From Alphaproteobacteria bacterium (GTDB lineage Bacteria > Pseudomonadota > Alphaproteobacteria > UBA828), in the NCBI GenBank assembly GCA_965214705.1, contig OZ243972.1:3200001-3264000 (forward strand): DNA of 64,000 nucleotides, given 5' to 3'. The stretch's first letter is position 1; each line of letters starts with the position of its first letter. The notes beneath the pieces were generated by a model, which worked only from the letters and a program-made list of their open reading frames with translations, was not told the DNA's origin and did no database searches. Shown one piece after another: positions 1 to 9,078 of the stretch. A program made the translations under genes and the position numbers.

Positions 1-1631
1 AGGTCTTCGGTGCGGGTAATCACACGGGCCGGACCGGTCACCTTGCCGGCGCACGCGGGCACGCCGCGCAGGACATCGCCGGCGGCGGCGGGATCGACCC
101 CGAGCCACTCCTCGATCGTCTTTTCGGTGATACCCCAGAGCATGATGGTGATGGGCTCGGTGACGACCTCCGGCGGGGTTCCCAGCGCCGGCGGCGGCGT
201 CCACTTGCAGAGCGAGTCCCGGATGCGCCGGCGCCGCTCGACGATGGGCCGCCAGTAGACCTCGCCGCGCGGCGGCGAGCCCGTCGCCCAGCCGATCAGC
301 AGGTCGTAGAGCGCGTCATAGACCTCGTGGCGATGCAGGTAGAAGAGGTCCTCGCGGTCGTCGAGGAAGCCGTGGGCGACGAAGACATCCGCAAGCTCCC
401 GCACCTTCGACCAGAAGATCGTGTGGTGCCAATGCTCGACGTAGAAGTTGTGGTCCTCGACGTAGGGAAAGACCTTGCAGGTGAGCGCGAGCAGGCCGTC
501 GAACGCCTCGCGGTCCTGATCGGTGGGCAGCAGGGCGCGGTATTCCGCCGTCACCCGCTGCCGCTCCGCCAGCAGCCGCTCGAGCGGACGGCGGATGTCC
601 TCGCCCCGCTGCAACGCCTCGACGTAGCCCCGCAGCGCGATGAAGGGCAGCCGCAGGTCGTCGATCCATACCGGATCCGAATGGTCGTAGCCGACGCCCG
701 TGGAGAAGTGGAACCACGGCTCCTTCGCCGCCTCGAAGGCCTCCAGCCATTCGGCTCCGCCCGGTGCCTTCGCCATGGCCGCCAGCAGCGCGTCGGGGTC
801 GTCGTGCTGCAGGACGATGCCGGCGAGGTTCCGCTCGACCGCCAGTTCGGCCAGCTCGCGCACCTTGTCGTCGGGCCGCAGCAGCAGGTTGTCGATGCCG
901 CAGACGATTTGCGTCAGCGTGCGATCGGTGATGCCGGGAAACGCCCGCTGACAGAATTCGCGGAAGGTCAGGTAGGCGCCGTAGCCCAGGTTCAGCATCT
1001 CGAAATGGTAGGAGCCCATCTCGAGCATGTTCTCGATCAGCCGGTTGTAGGCGCTGAGCAGGTCGTGCGAGGAGTAGACGCCGCGGTGGCCGAAGACGTT
1101 CTCCTCGGGCTCCAGCTCCGGCAGCGGGCGGAACTCGATCTCGGTCAGGCGCGCGATGCAGTCCTTCGCCTTCTTGGCCCAGTTGCCGTAGATCTCGTCC
1201 CAGTTCTCGAAGTAATGGCCGGCGCGGCAGGTGAAGTGCTCGTTGCGCGCGGCGATCTGGTCTGGGTCGGTGACGCTGTTGGGGCTGACGTAGATGTAGC
1301 CGTTGACCAGCCGCTGATCGATGCCCATGGCGACCGGAATGGGCCAGACCCGGCTCGCCATCTGGCTGGCCGCCACCCACCAGTTCTCGGTCATGATGGT
1401 GTCGAAGGGATAGAGCGGCTCCGGGTTGTGCATCCCATCGAAGAACCAGAACTTTCCCTCCTCCATCGCGCGGCGTTCGTCGCTGATCAGGCAGTAATAG
1501 GGATATAGCTCCTCCCAGCCCTCGGCGCCGTCGGGCGTGGGCAGTTCGAACGGGCTCGGGAAGCCCCGGTTGAGGGGCGGCGTCGCCGCGGCCTCCGGGC
1601 CTGTCCCGGCGCTCTCGGGTGTGTCACTCAT
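1..1631 (-). CDS. PEP-utilizing enzyme, phenylphosphate synthase alpha / CreH-like subunit (C-terminus runs off the window)
   Basis: Not in the ORF track because it has no stop in the window. Manual translation from ATG 1631: MSDTPES...FPSPFELPTPDGAEGWEELYPYY...FWFFDGMHNPEPLYPFD...VFPYVEDHNFYVEHW...LRGVPACAGKVTGPARVI, the last part entering the PEP-utilizer mobile domain. Confidence 0.8.
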   Translation of the reverse strand, partial: MSDTPESAGTGPEAAATPPLNRGFPSPFELPTPDGAEGWEELYPYYCLISDERRAMEEGKFWFFDGMHNPEPLYPFDTIMTENWWVAASQMASRVWPIPVAMGIDQRLVNGYIYVSPNSVTDPDQIAARNEHFTCRAGHYFENWDEIYGNWAKKAKDCIARLTEIEFRPLPELEPEENVFGHRGVYSSHDLLSAYNRLIENMLEMGSYHFEMLNLGYGAYLTFREFCQRAFPGITDRTLTQIVCGIDNLLLRPDDKVRELAELAVERNLAGIVLQHDDPDALLAAMAKAPGGAEWLEAFEAAKEPWFHFSTGVGYDHSDPVWIDDLRLPFIALRGYVEALQRGEDIRRPLERLLAERQRVTAEYRALLPTDQDREAFDGLLALTCKVFPYVEDHNFYVEHWHHTIFWSKVRELADVFVAHGFLDDREDLFYLHRHEVYDALYDLLIGWATGSPPRGEVYWRPIVERRRRIRDSLCKWTPPPALGTPPEVVTEPITIMLWGITEKTIEEWLGVDPAAAGDVLRGVPACAGKVTGPARVITRTED

Positions 1632-1722
1632 ACGTGGCACCTCGCGTCCTGCCGCCCGGCATCATGCCACGCGTGCGCCCAACGGTTCACGACCATAGGG
1701 CGAGGCGGATCGTGCGCCGGCG

Positions 1723-1893
1723 CTACTCGGCGGCGGCCGCGGCCTCCTGCGGCTCCCACTCGGGGATGCGGCCGTCGTAGTAGGGCATCTGCTCGACCCG
1801 CGGCGTCCACGAGCCGTTGTCGATGCAGGCGCGGACGTGGCGCGCGATCTCGTCCGGCCACGGCACCGGGTTCTCGATCAGCTTGAGCGTCAT
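1723..1893 (-). CDS. small hypothetical protein (56 aa)
   Basis: ATG 1893 preceded by GAGGAGGGAAG; MTLKLIENPVPWPDEIARHVRACIDNGSWTPRVEQMPYYDGRIPEWEPQEAAAAAE; same strand and just upstream of the PEP-utilizer gene. Confidence 0.55.
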   Translation of the reverse strand: MTLKLIENPVPWPDEIARHVRACIDNGSWTPRVEQMPYYDGRIPEWEPQEAAAAAE

Positions 1894-1986
1894 CGCTTCC
1901 CTCCTCGCGGCAACCGCCGCAGCGGACCTTACACGCGGCCAGGAACGAAGCCAAGAATACGAAATTCGTGAATTCACGGGCTTACA

Positions 1987-2015
1987 TTGACGGATTTCCG
2001 GGTCATAGCTAAACT
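1987..2015 (+). promoter_or_regulatory. sigma70-like promoter for the Lrp-RidA-ABC-monooxygenase operon
   Basis: TTGACG-N17-TAAACT in an AT-richer divergent intergenic region. Confidence 0.6.
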
Positions 2016-2083
2016 GCCGTGAGGATTTCGGTGGACTTGGACGTTCTGGGAGCCGGAATCCGCTGGCCGCACGAGAGGTTGGC

Positions 2084-2737
2084 ATGAGCGCCTCGAAACC
2101 ATCCTCGCAGGCGAAGGGGAACAGCCGGGAGCCTCGGCTTCGCGCGCTGGCGGAGGGCGAGCCCGCGCCGGTCATGGGCCTGCGCCAGGTCGGGATGGCG
2201 GACCTGCAGGGCGATGCGGTCGCCCCTGCCTCGATCCCTCATATCGAAGGGCTTAACCGGGAGATCGTCGCCCTGCTGCAGGAGGACGGCCGGACGCCGT
2301 TCTCCAGCATTGCGCGCACGCTGGGCGTCTCGGAAGGGACCGTGCGCTCCCGTGTGGGCCAGATGCACAAGGCCAACCTGATCCACTTCATCACGGTGGT
2401 GAACCCGCTGGCGCTGGGCTACACGGCCTGGTCGATGCTCGGCATCAAGGTCGCCCGCGGCGCCAGCGCCCATGAGGTGGCGTCCCACTTCCGCGATCGG
2501 CCGGAGGTCGTCTATGTCATGCGCGTCGCCGCGCGCTTCGACCTGCTGGCTGAGGTGGTGTGCGGCTCGCCCGACGAGCTGCGCGAATTCCTCGATGACC
2601 ATTGCTACGGCTCGGACGACATCGCCCAGGTCGAGCCGATGATGGGGCTGGGCCTCTACAAGAGCCTGTTCAAGTGGGACAAGCCGCTCGGCGCCGGCGA
2701 TGGCCGCGGCAAGTCGGCCGGACGCAGCAGCCGGTAG
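2084..2737 (+). CDS. Lrp/AsnC family transcriptional regulator
   Basis: LLQEDGRTPFSSIARTLGVSEGTVRSRV HTH followed by a RAM-like domain; start codon uncertain. Confidence 0.9.
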   Translation: MSASKPSSQAKGNSREPRLRALAEGEPAPVMGLRQVGMADLQGDAVAPASIPHIEGLNREIVALLQEDGRTPFSSIARTLGVSEGTVRSRVGQMHKANLIHFITVVNPLALGYTAWSMLGIKVARGASAHEVASHFRDRPEVVYVMRVAARFDLLAEVVCGSPDELREFLDDHCYGSDDIAQVEPMMGLGLYKSLFKWDKPLGAGDGRGKSAGRSSR

Positions 2738-2774
2738 CGGCCAACGCATAAGAAGAAAGGGGAGACCAACCGCC

Positions 2775-4010
2775 ATGAGCAAGCGCCGCATCATGCCTAC
2801 CGGACACTGGGACTGGAGCATGCCGGTCACGCTCTCCCAGGGCTGGCGGCTGGGCGATCTGGTCGTGGTCGGCGGCCAGATTTCGGCGGATGATAAGGGC
2901 CGCACGGTCGGCGGCGACATCGAGACCCAGACCCGCAACATCATGGAGTTCATCGGCCGGGTGTTGCGCGAGTCGGGCGCCGACTTCGGCGATGTGGTGA
3001 AGCAGAACGTCTACTACGTGGTCGATGACGAGAGCCCGCCGGCGGACGAGATCGTGCGGCGCATCGACGCGGTGCAGGCCGAGTATTTTGCGGCGCCGGG
3101 CCCAGTCACGACCGAGACGCCGGTCTCCGGCCTCGCCTACGAGGGGCTGCTGCTGGAGATCGACGCCTTCGCCGTGGTGGGTGCAAACAAGCGCCCGCTC
3201 ACGCCCGAGGGCCACTGGTCGCGTGGCAACGGCATCGCCTGCGTCCAGGGCTGGCAGGCGGGCGACTGGGTCTTCGTCGGCGGCCAGCGCTCGCTCAACG
3301 GAGACGGCTCGCTCAGGGATGCCGGCGACATCGCAGCCCAGACCCGCAATTGCTTCAACGGCATGGCGGGCGTCCTTGCCGAGGCCGGCGCCTCGATGAA
3401 CGACCTCTTGCGCCTCAACACCTACTACCGGCACGAGACCGCGGGCGCCGACGTGACCGCGTTCTGGGAGGCGCTGACTCGGGTGCGCATGGAGCACCTG
3501 CCGAACCCGGGGCCCGCCGGCACGGGGCTCAGGGTCAAGGATTTCTCTCATCCGGGCGAGCTGATTCAGATCGAGGGCGTTGCTCATCTCGGCCAGGAGC
3601 GCCGGCGCATCATGCCGGCAGGCCACTGGGACTGGAGCATGCCGGTACCCTTCTCCCAGGGCTGGCGGGTCGGCAACGTCGTCTTCGCGGGCGGTCAGAT
3701 CTCCGCCGACCGGAAGGGGCGGACGGTCGGCCCCGGCGACATCGCCCAGCAGACCGAGAACGTGTTCGAGAGCCTGATCGCGGTGCTGGGCGAGGCCGGC
3801 GCCGAGATGAGCGACGTGGTCAAGCTCAACACCTATTACCAGTACGACGACGGCAGCGCCTCGCCCACGGAGTACTGGGAGAAGATGACCGAAGTGCGGC
3901 GGCGCTACTTCCCGCCGCTCGGGCCGGCGGCGACGGCGGTCCGCGTGGACGGCTACGCCTTCGAGGACCTGCTGATCGAGATCGAGGCAATTGCCGTGGT
4001 GGGCGAGTGA
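2775..4010 (+). CDS. RidA/YjgF/UK114 family protein with three tandem domains
   Basis: Three repeats of the (S/V)QGW..G..V..GGQ ... EIEA pattern; GGAGA RBS before ATG 2775. Confidence 0.85.
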   Translation: MSKRRIMPTGHWDWSMPVTLSQGWRLGDLVVVGGQISADDKGRTVGGDIETQTRNIMEFIGRVLRESGADFGDVVKQNVYYVVDDESPPADEIVRRIDAVQAEYFAAPGPVTTETPVSGLAYEGLLLEIDAFAVVGANKRPLTPEGHWSRGNGIACVQGWQAGDWVFVGGQRSLNGDGSLRDAGDIAAQTRNCFNGMAGVLAEAGASMNDLLRLNTYYRHETAGADVTAFWEALTRVRMEHLPNPGPAGTGLRVKDFSHPGELIQIEGVAHLGQERRRIMPAGHWDWSMPVPFSQGWRVGNVVFAGGQISADRKGRTVGPGDIAQQTENVFESLIAVLGEAGAEMSDVVKLNTYYQYDDGSASPTEYWEKMTEVRRRYFPPLGPAATAVRVDGYAFEDLLIEIEAIAVVGE

Positions 4011-4059
4011 TGCTGTCAGGGTGCTTTTCTCACCACCGCCGGCCTCCGGGGTGACATGA

Positions 4060-4941
4060 ATGGCCCAGGGACAAGCCGGGGGCTCACCGCCGTCCGATGC
4101 GAATGCGCATCCGGGCGACACCGCTCCCGCGCCGGTCTTCAAGCCGCCCCGCCAGCCCTTCCTGGAGGTGCTCGGCTCGCTCACGCAACGGCGCACCGTG
4201 GTGCTGGGCGTCGCGGGCGTCATCATCTTCTTCGCCGTCTGGGAGGTCGCCCACTACGTCACGCCCGAGGAGAAGCAGCGCTTTCTGCCCGCCGTCGAGC
4301 AAGTGGTGGCCGAGATCGCCTTTCTCTTCGCCGAGAAGAACTTCATCGCCGATGTCGGTACCAGCCTCTACCGCATCTACGCCAGTTTCTTCGTCGCCAG
4401 CCTGATCGCCGTGCCGCTCGGCGTCTTCATGGGCTGCTTCGTCAAGGCACGCGCGCTGATCAGCCCCACCACGGGGGGCTGGCGCTATCTGCCGGCGGCC
4501 TCCTTCGCGCCGCTCCTGCTGGTGTGGTTCGGGCCCACCGACTTCGCCAAGATGGCGCTGCTCTTCCTCGGCTGCTTCTTCTTTCTCGTGGCGCTGATCC
4601 TCGACAACACGCTCGCGGTCCAGCGCGAGCTGATCGAATCCGGCCTCACCATGGGGGCCAAGCGGCGGCAGGTGGTGGGCATCACGTTCCGGGCCGCCGC
4701 ACCCGCCATCCTCGATTCCATGCGCAACATGATCGCGGTCGCCTGGACCTACCTGGTGATCGCCGAGATCATCGTGGCGACCGACGGCATCGGCGCGGTG
4801 ATGATGCGGGCCGCGCGCTTCCTCCACGTCGACATCATGATGGGCGGCATCCTCACCATCGGCGTGCTCGGCGTGCTGACCGACATCACGTTCCGCATCG
4901 CGAGCCGGCTGCTCTTCCCGTACCTGCGGGTCAGGCGCTAG
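4060..4941 (+). CDS. ABC transporter permease (NitT/TauT type)
   Basis: Multiple TM segments, EAA-like loop ELIESGLTMGA, AWTYLVIAE motif. Confidence 0.9.
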   Translation: MAQGQAGGSPPSDANAHPGDTAPAPVFKPPRQPFLEVLGSLTQRRTVVLGVAGVIIFFAVWEVAHYVTPEEKQRFLPAVEQVVAEIAFLFAEKNFIADVGTSLYRIYASFFVASLIAVPLGVFMGCFVKARALISPTTGGWRYLPAASFAPLLLVWFGPTDFAKMALLFLGCFFFLVALILDNTLAVQRELIESGLTMGAKRRQVVGITFRAAAPAILDSMRNMIAVAWTYLVIAEIIVATDGIGAVMMRAARFLHVDIMMGGILTIGVLGVLTDITFRIASRLLFPYLRVRR

Positions 4942-4952
4942 GAGGCGGCGGG

Positions 4953-5798
4953 ATGGCGGTCTTCGGCTTGGGGAGAACGGCGGCGGCGCAGGCGGGAGCG
5001 AATGCCCCGGTGCCGGGCACGCCCCCGTTGCGCGCCAACCGGGTCACCAAGAGCTATCTCAAGGGCAGCGTGATTGCTCTCGACGACGTTTCCTTCGACG
5101 TTCATGCCAACCAGGTCACGGCGATGATCGGCCCGTCGGGCTGCGGCAAGACGACGATGCTGCGGCTGATGGCGGGCCTCGAATACCCCTCGCGGGGCGA
5201 CGTGACCATGTTCGGCCAGCCGATCATGGGGCCGGGGCCGGAGCGCGGCATGGTGTTCCAGGCCTACACGTCTTTCCCGTGGCTCACGACGCGGGCCAAC
5301 ATCGAGTACGGGCTGAAGCTCCAGGGGCTTGCGAAGGCGGAGCGGCGCGAACGCGCCGAGCACTTCCTCGAGCTGGTTCATCTGGAGGGGTTCGCCAATG
5401 CCTATCCGGCCGAGCTATCCGGCGGCATGAAGCAGCGCGTCTCCATCGCGCGCACGCTGGCGCAGAACCCGGCGCTGCTGTTGCTGGATGAGCCCTTCGG
5501 CGCGCTCGACGCCCAGGTCACCTGGGAAATGGAGGAGATGATCATCGAGATCATCGAGCGTGAGAACAAGACGGTGGTGGTAGTGACCCACGACATCCAG
5601 GAGGCGATCTACCTCGCCGACAGGATCATCTTCTACACACGGCAGCCGGGGCGGATCAAAGCCGACCTCCCTATGGCGTTCAAGGAAGGCCGCCGCTTCC
5701 GCAAGAAGGAGGAGATGCTCGTGCATCCGGGCTATGTGGACATGGAGCGGCGGCTCTACGCGATGATGCGCGAGGAAATCCGGGGGCGGGTCAGCTAG
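4953..5798 (+). CDS. ABC transporter ATP-binding protein (NitT/TauT type)
   Basis: GPSGCGKT, LSGGMKQR, LLLDEPFGALD, VTHD; GGAGG RBS before ATG 4953. Confidence 0.92.
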   Translation: MAVFGLGRTAAAQAGANAPVPGTPPLRANRVTKSYLKGSVIALDDVSFDVHANQVTAMIGPSGCGKTTMLRLMAGLEYPSRGDVTMFGQPIMGPGPERGMVFQAYTSFPWLTTRANIEYGLKLQGLAKAERRERAEHFLELVHLEGFANAYPAELSGGMKQRVSIARTLAQNPALLLLDEPFGALDAQVTWEMEEMIIEIIERENKTVVVVTHDIQEAIYLADRIIFYTRQPGRIKADLPMAFKEGRRFRKKEEMLVHPGYVDMERRLYAMMREEIRGRVS

Positions 5799-5841
5799 GG
5801 ACCGCCTCCACGGTCAAACCGAAGCAGAGGGAGAATCGAAC

Positions 5842-6882
5842 ATGCTGTGGCGAACATCCATCATAACACTGGCGGCCTGCGCGCTCGCGTTCGGCGTCGT
5901 CAGTGCCGCGAGCGCGAAGGACACCGTCCGGGTCGCGCACTTCAGCTGGCCGGGCTACGGCTTCCTCCATATCGCCAAGGCGAAGGGCATGCTGCCCGAG
6001 AACATGGACCTCGAAATCTCGATCATCGAGGACCCGGTGCAGAGCATGGGCCTGCTCGCGAGCGGCCAGCTCGACGTCGTGACCAGCACCATCGAGTTCG
6101 GCCCGATCGCGCTAGCCGAGGACATGCCGGTGAAGCTGCTCGGCCTCACCAATCTCGGCAACGGCTCGGACCGCATCATCGTGGGGCCCGACATCAAGGA
6201 GCCGGGGGATCTCAGGGGCAAGAAGGTCGGTGTCATCGAAGGCGGGCTTTCGCAGATCTACATGGCGATCTGGCTGGAGCAGCAGGGCATCAAGTGGGAC
6301 GAGGTGGAGATGGTGAACCTCTTCCCGGATGCCGCCGCAGCCGCGATGATCGCGGGTCAGCTCGACGCCGCCGAGCTCTGGGACCCCTACGGCCCGCAGG
6401 TGCTGGAAGAGCTCGCGGGCTCGCGCGAGATGAGCCATTCCGGCGAGGAATACTGGCTCAAGGAAGGCCTGATCGCCGACGCGATCTTCGTCTCCGACGC
6501 GTTCATTGCGGAAAACCGCGACCTGCTGGTGGCGCTGATCAAGTCCCGCTACGAGGCGGTCGAGTGGTGGCGTCAGAACCCCACCGAGGGCAATGAAATG
6601 ATCGCCGGGATCCTGCAGTGGGGCGTGCCGGACGTGGAGCCCATCCTCGGTGGCGTGAACAACCCCGACGACGGTACCCTCTACATGTATAGTCTGGAGG
6701 AATCGGCGCAATTCTGCGGCGTTGCCGAGGGCGAGCCGCCCTTCGGCCAGCGCAACGGCCAGCTCGCCGACCATTGGGAGCTCACCAACAAGTGGTGGTT
6801 GACCTTTGGCCTGATGACCGAGACGGTCGCTCCGGCGGAGGGGATCGATTGCTCGATCCTCAAGGACGCGCTCGGCGGGTAA
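5842..6882 (+). CDS. ABC transporter substrate-binding protein (NitT/TauT/SsuA type)
   Basis: Signal peptide, WPGYG motif, DLRGKKVG, W(D/E)P. Confidence 0.88.
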   Translation: MLWRTSIITLAACALAFGVVSAASAKDTVRVAHFSWPGYGFLHIAKAKGMLPENMDLEISIIEDPVQSMGLLASGQLDVVTSTIEFGPIALAEDMPVKLLGLTNLGNGSDRIIVGPDIKEPGDLRGKKVGVIEGGLSQIYMAIWLEQQGIKWDEVEMVNLFPDAAAAAMIAGQLDAAELWDPYGPQVLEELAGSREMSHSGEEYWLKEGLIADAIFVSDAFIAENRDLLVALIKSRYEAVEWWRQNPTEGNEMIAGILQWGVPDVEPILGGVNNPDDGTLYMYSLEESAQFCGVAEGEPPFGQRNGQLADHWELTNKWWLTFGLMTETVAPAEGIDCSILKDALGG

Positions 6883-6951
6883 GGTTGGGGTGCGGGCGGC
6901 GTCATCGGGGCGCTGCCCGTATCGCCCGGTACGGACCAGGGAGACGATCGA

Positions 6952-8472
6952 ATGGCGCTGCTTGAGATGCACGAATGGTACGACCTCGCGCGGGATACCA
7001 ACTGGACTCCCGGCTACGTCGCCGAGGAGGAGATCTTTCCGCCCGAACTCAGCGATCCCTACGGGATTTCGGTCGAGCAGTGGGAGACCTTCGACGAGCC
7101 CTACAAGGTCTGCTACCGGGACTATGTCGAGACCCAGCGCGACAAGGACATCGGCGCCTATTCGGTGAAGTCGGCGCTGGCGCGCGCGGACTTCTTCAAG
7201 AAGGCCACACCGCACTGGAAGGCGCTGCTCGCGCTGCACTTCAGCCCGATCGGCTTCGCCGAATTCCACTCGGCGTCCGCCTTCGCGCGGATGACCCGGT
7301 TCAGCCGGGCGCCGGGTATGCGCAACATGGCGACCTTCGGCACGCTGGACGAAATGCGTCACGGCCAGATCCAGATGTATTTCGCCTACGAGTTCATCAA
7401 GCAGGACCGCGTCTTCGATTGGGCGCACAAGTCGTCCAAGACCGAGAACTGGATCATCATCAGCCTGCGTCATGCGCTGGACGACATCGAGCACACGCGC
7501 GATGCGATCAGCGCCGCGATCATGACCAACTTCGCCTTCGAGCAGGGCTTCACCAACCTGCAGTTCATCGGCCTCTCGGCGGACGCCGCCAAGGCCGGCG
7601 ATCACACCTTCGCCACCATGCTGCAGAGTATCCAGACCGACGAGGCGCGCCATGCGCAGATCGGCACGCCGCTCATCAGCATCATGATCGAGAACGGGCG
7701 CAAGGCGGAGGCGCAGCAGCTGGTCGATATCGGCTTCTGGCGCATCTGGAAGCAGTTCTCGGCGCTCAGCGGCATCTCCATGGACTACTACACGCCGCTG
7801 GAGTTCCGCGAGCACTCGCTCAAGGAGTTCATGCACGAGTGGGTGGTCGATCAATTCGCCCGCAACATGAAGGCGATCGGCCTCGACCTGCCCTGGTACT
7901 GGGACTACTTCCTCCACGATATCGAGACCTTCCACCATTGCCAGCAGATCGGCATCTACGTCTACCGCGCGACGCAGTGGTGGCGGCCCATCGCCTGCGT
8001 CTCGCCGGCCGAGCGCGACTGGCTGGAGGAGAAGTATCCGGGCTGGAACGACACCTACGGCAAGTGCTGGGACGTGGTGATCGACAATATCCGAGGCGGC
8101 CGCTTCGAGAAGACGGTGCCCGAGGTGCCGCCGCTGATCTGCAACATGTGCGGGCTGGAGGTGACCGGGATTGCGGGCGTCGGGCGCCAGGTGAACGGCC
8201 GCACATGGAACGCGACGAACTTCCACCTCGATCACGAAGGCCGGCGCTATCACTTCTGCTCCGAGCCCTGCAAGTGGGTCTTCGAGCTGGAGCCCGCCCG
8301 CTACCAGGGACACCGCAGCATCATAGACCGGTTGCTGGACGGCACCGTGCCGCCCGGCCCCGACGGCTTCTATGAGTACATGGGCCAAAGCTTCGAGGAA
8401 CGCGGCGTCTGCGGCTACGACTATCAGTGGGTCGACGGCTACGACGTGCCGCGCGCCGCGGCGGCGGAGTAG
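6952..8472 (+). CDS. soluble di-iron monooxygenase hydroxylase alpha subunit (TmoA/IsoA/XamoA-like) with C-terminal YHS region
   Basis: WYDLARDTNWTP N-terminus; iron ligands AEF, DEMRH, FEQGFTN, DEARH; WLEEKYPGW; YHFCSEPC. Confidence 0.93.
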   Translation: MALLEMHEWYDLARDTNWTPGYVAEEEIFPPELSDPYGISVEQWETFDEPYKVCYRDYVETQRDKDIGAYSVKSALARADFFKKATPHWKALLALHFSPIGFAEFHSASAFARMTRFSRAPGMRNMATFGTLDEMRHGQIQMYFAYEFIKQDRVFDWAHKSSKTENWIIISLRHALDDIEHTRDAISAAIMTNFAFEQGFTNLQFIGLSADAAKAGDHTFATMLQSIQTDEARHAQIGTPLISIMIENGRKAEAQQLVDIGFWRIWKQFSALSGISMDYYTPLEFREHSLKEFMHEWVVDQFARNMKAIGLDLPWYWDYFLHDIETFHHCQQIGIYVYRATQWWRPIACVSPAERDWLEEKYPGWNDTYGKCWDVVIDNIRGGRFEKTVPEVPPLICNMCGLEVTGIAGVGRQVNGRTWNATNFHLDHEGRRYHFCSEPCKWVFELEPARYQGHRSIIDRLLDGTVPPGPDGFYEYMGQSFEERGVCGYDYQWVDGYDVPRAAAAE

Positions 8473-8481
8473 GCGCGTATC

Positions 8482-8742
8482 ATGGCCGACATCCCGCTCG
8501 CCGTGCTGCTCGAAGGCGACTACGGCTACAAGGTGCAGGTCTTCGACACCGGCGACACCATGGCGGTGCTGGCGGAGAAGGTCGCCGACCAGGTCGCGGG
8601 CGTCCTGGTGGCGTCGTTCCCGCCCGAGGCCGTCCTCAAGGTCCGCGTGCAGGGCAGCGCAGACCCGTTGCCCGACGAGCTGACCATCGCCGACGCCGGC
8701 TTCGTCGAGATGGAATCCGTGGAAATCTACCGCGCCGGCTGA
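8482..8742 (+). CDS. monooxygenase gamma subunit (TmoB-like)
   Basis: 86 aa, PL...EGD.....V.DTGDTM...A, directly after the alpha subunit. Confidence 0.8.
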   Translation: MADIPLAVLLEGDYGYKVQVFDTGDTMAVLAEKVADQVAGVLVASFPPEAVLKVRVQGSADPLPDELTIADAGFVEMESVEIYRAG

Positions 8743-8773
8743 GCAGGCCACGGCGGGTAAGGAGACGTCGAGC

Positions 8774-9067
8774 ATGACGACGGCAGACGACGCCGGCAAT
8801 CTCGTGGGCCCGGTGATGCGCGCGGGCGACATCGCCGATGCGGTGCTCGAAGCGATCCAGGAGGACAACGAGGGGCGCGAGGTCATCACCGAGGAACACG
8901 CGTCCTACATCCGGATCAAGGTCGCGGACGAGTGCTTCGTGCGCTTCGAGACGGTGGGCGACGTGCTGGGCCGCACGGTCACCCGCGGCGACATCGAGGC
9001 GAACATGCCGAGCTTCGCAGGGTTCATTCGCACCGAACCGGACGGCATCCGGTTCGTCGCGCGCTAG
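8774..9067 (+). CDS. monooxygenase effector/coupling protein (TmoD/MmoB family)
   Basis: NLVGPVMRAGDIADAV..AI.EDN, YIRI, LGR, NMPSFAG. Confidence 0.9.
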   Translation: MTTADDAGNLVGPVMRAGDIADAVLEAIQEDNEGREVITEEHASYIRIKVADECFVRFETVGDVLGRTVTRGDIEANMPSFAGFIRTEPDGIRFVAR

Positions 9068-9078
9068 GGAGTACGGAC

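Noticed and set aside
2775-3720. Near-identical DNA repeats at about 2784 and 3601 as a CRISPR or mobile repeat
   Set aside because: They are in-frame coding duplications of Rid domains. No CRISPR array or cas gene was seen in the window.
6952-8472. Assigning tmoA or isoA gene symbols
   Set aside because: Family membership is clear, but pocket residues and context do not support a specific known substrate.
6112-8889. 925-aa minus-strand ORF and similar long ORFs (17564-19861, 47536-49863, 51821-53902, 54562-56994, 59780-62020)
   Set aside because: Antisense or off-frame shadows of well-supported genes in high-GC DNA; no recognisable motifs.
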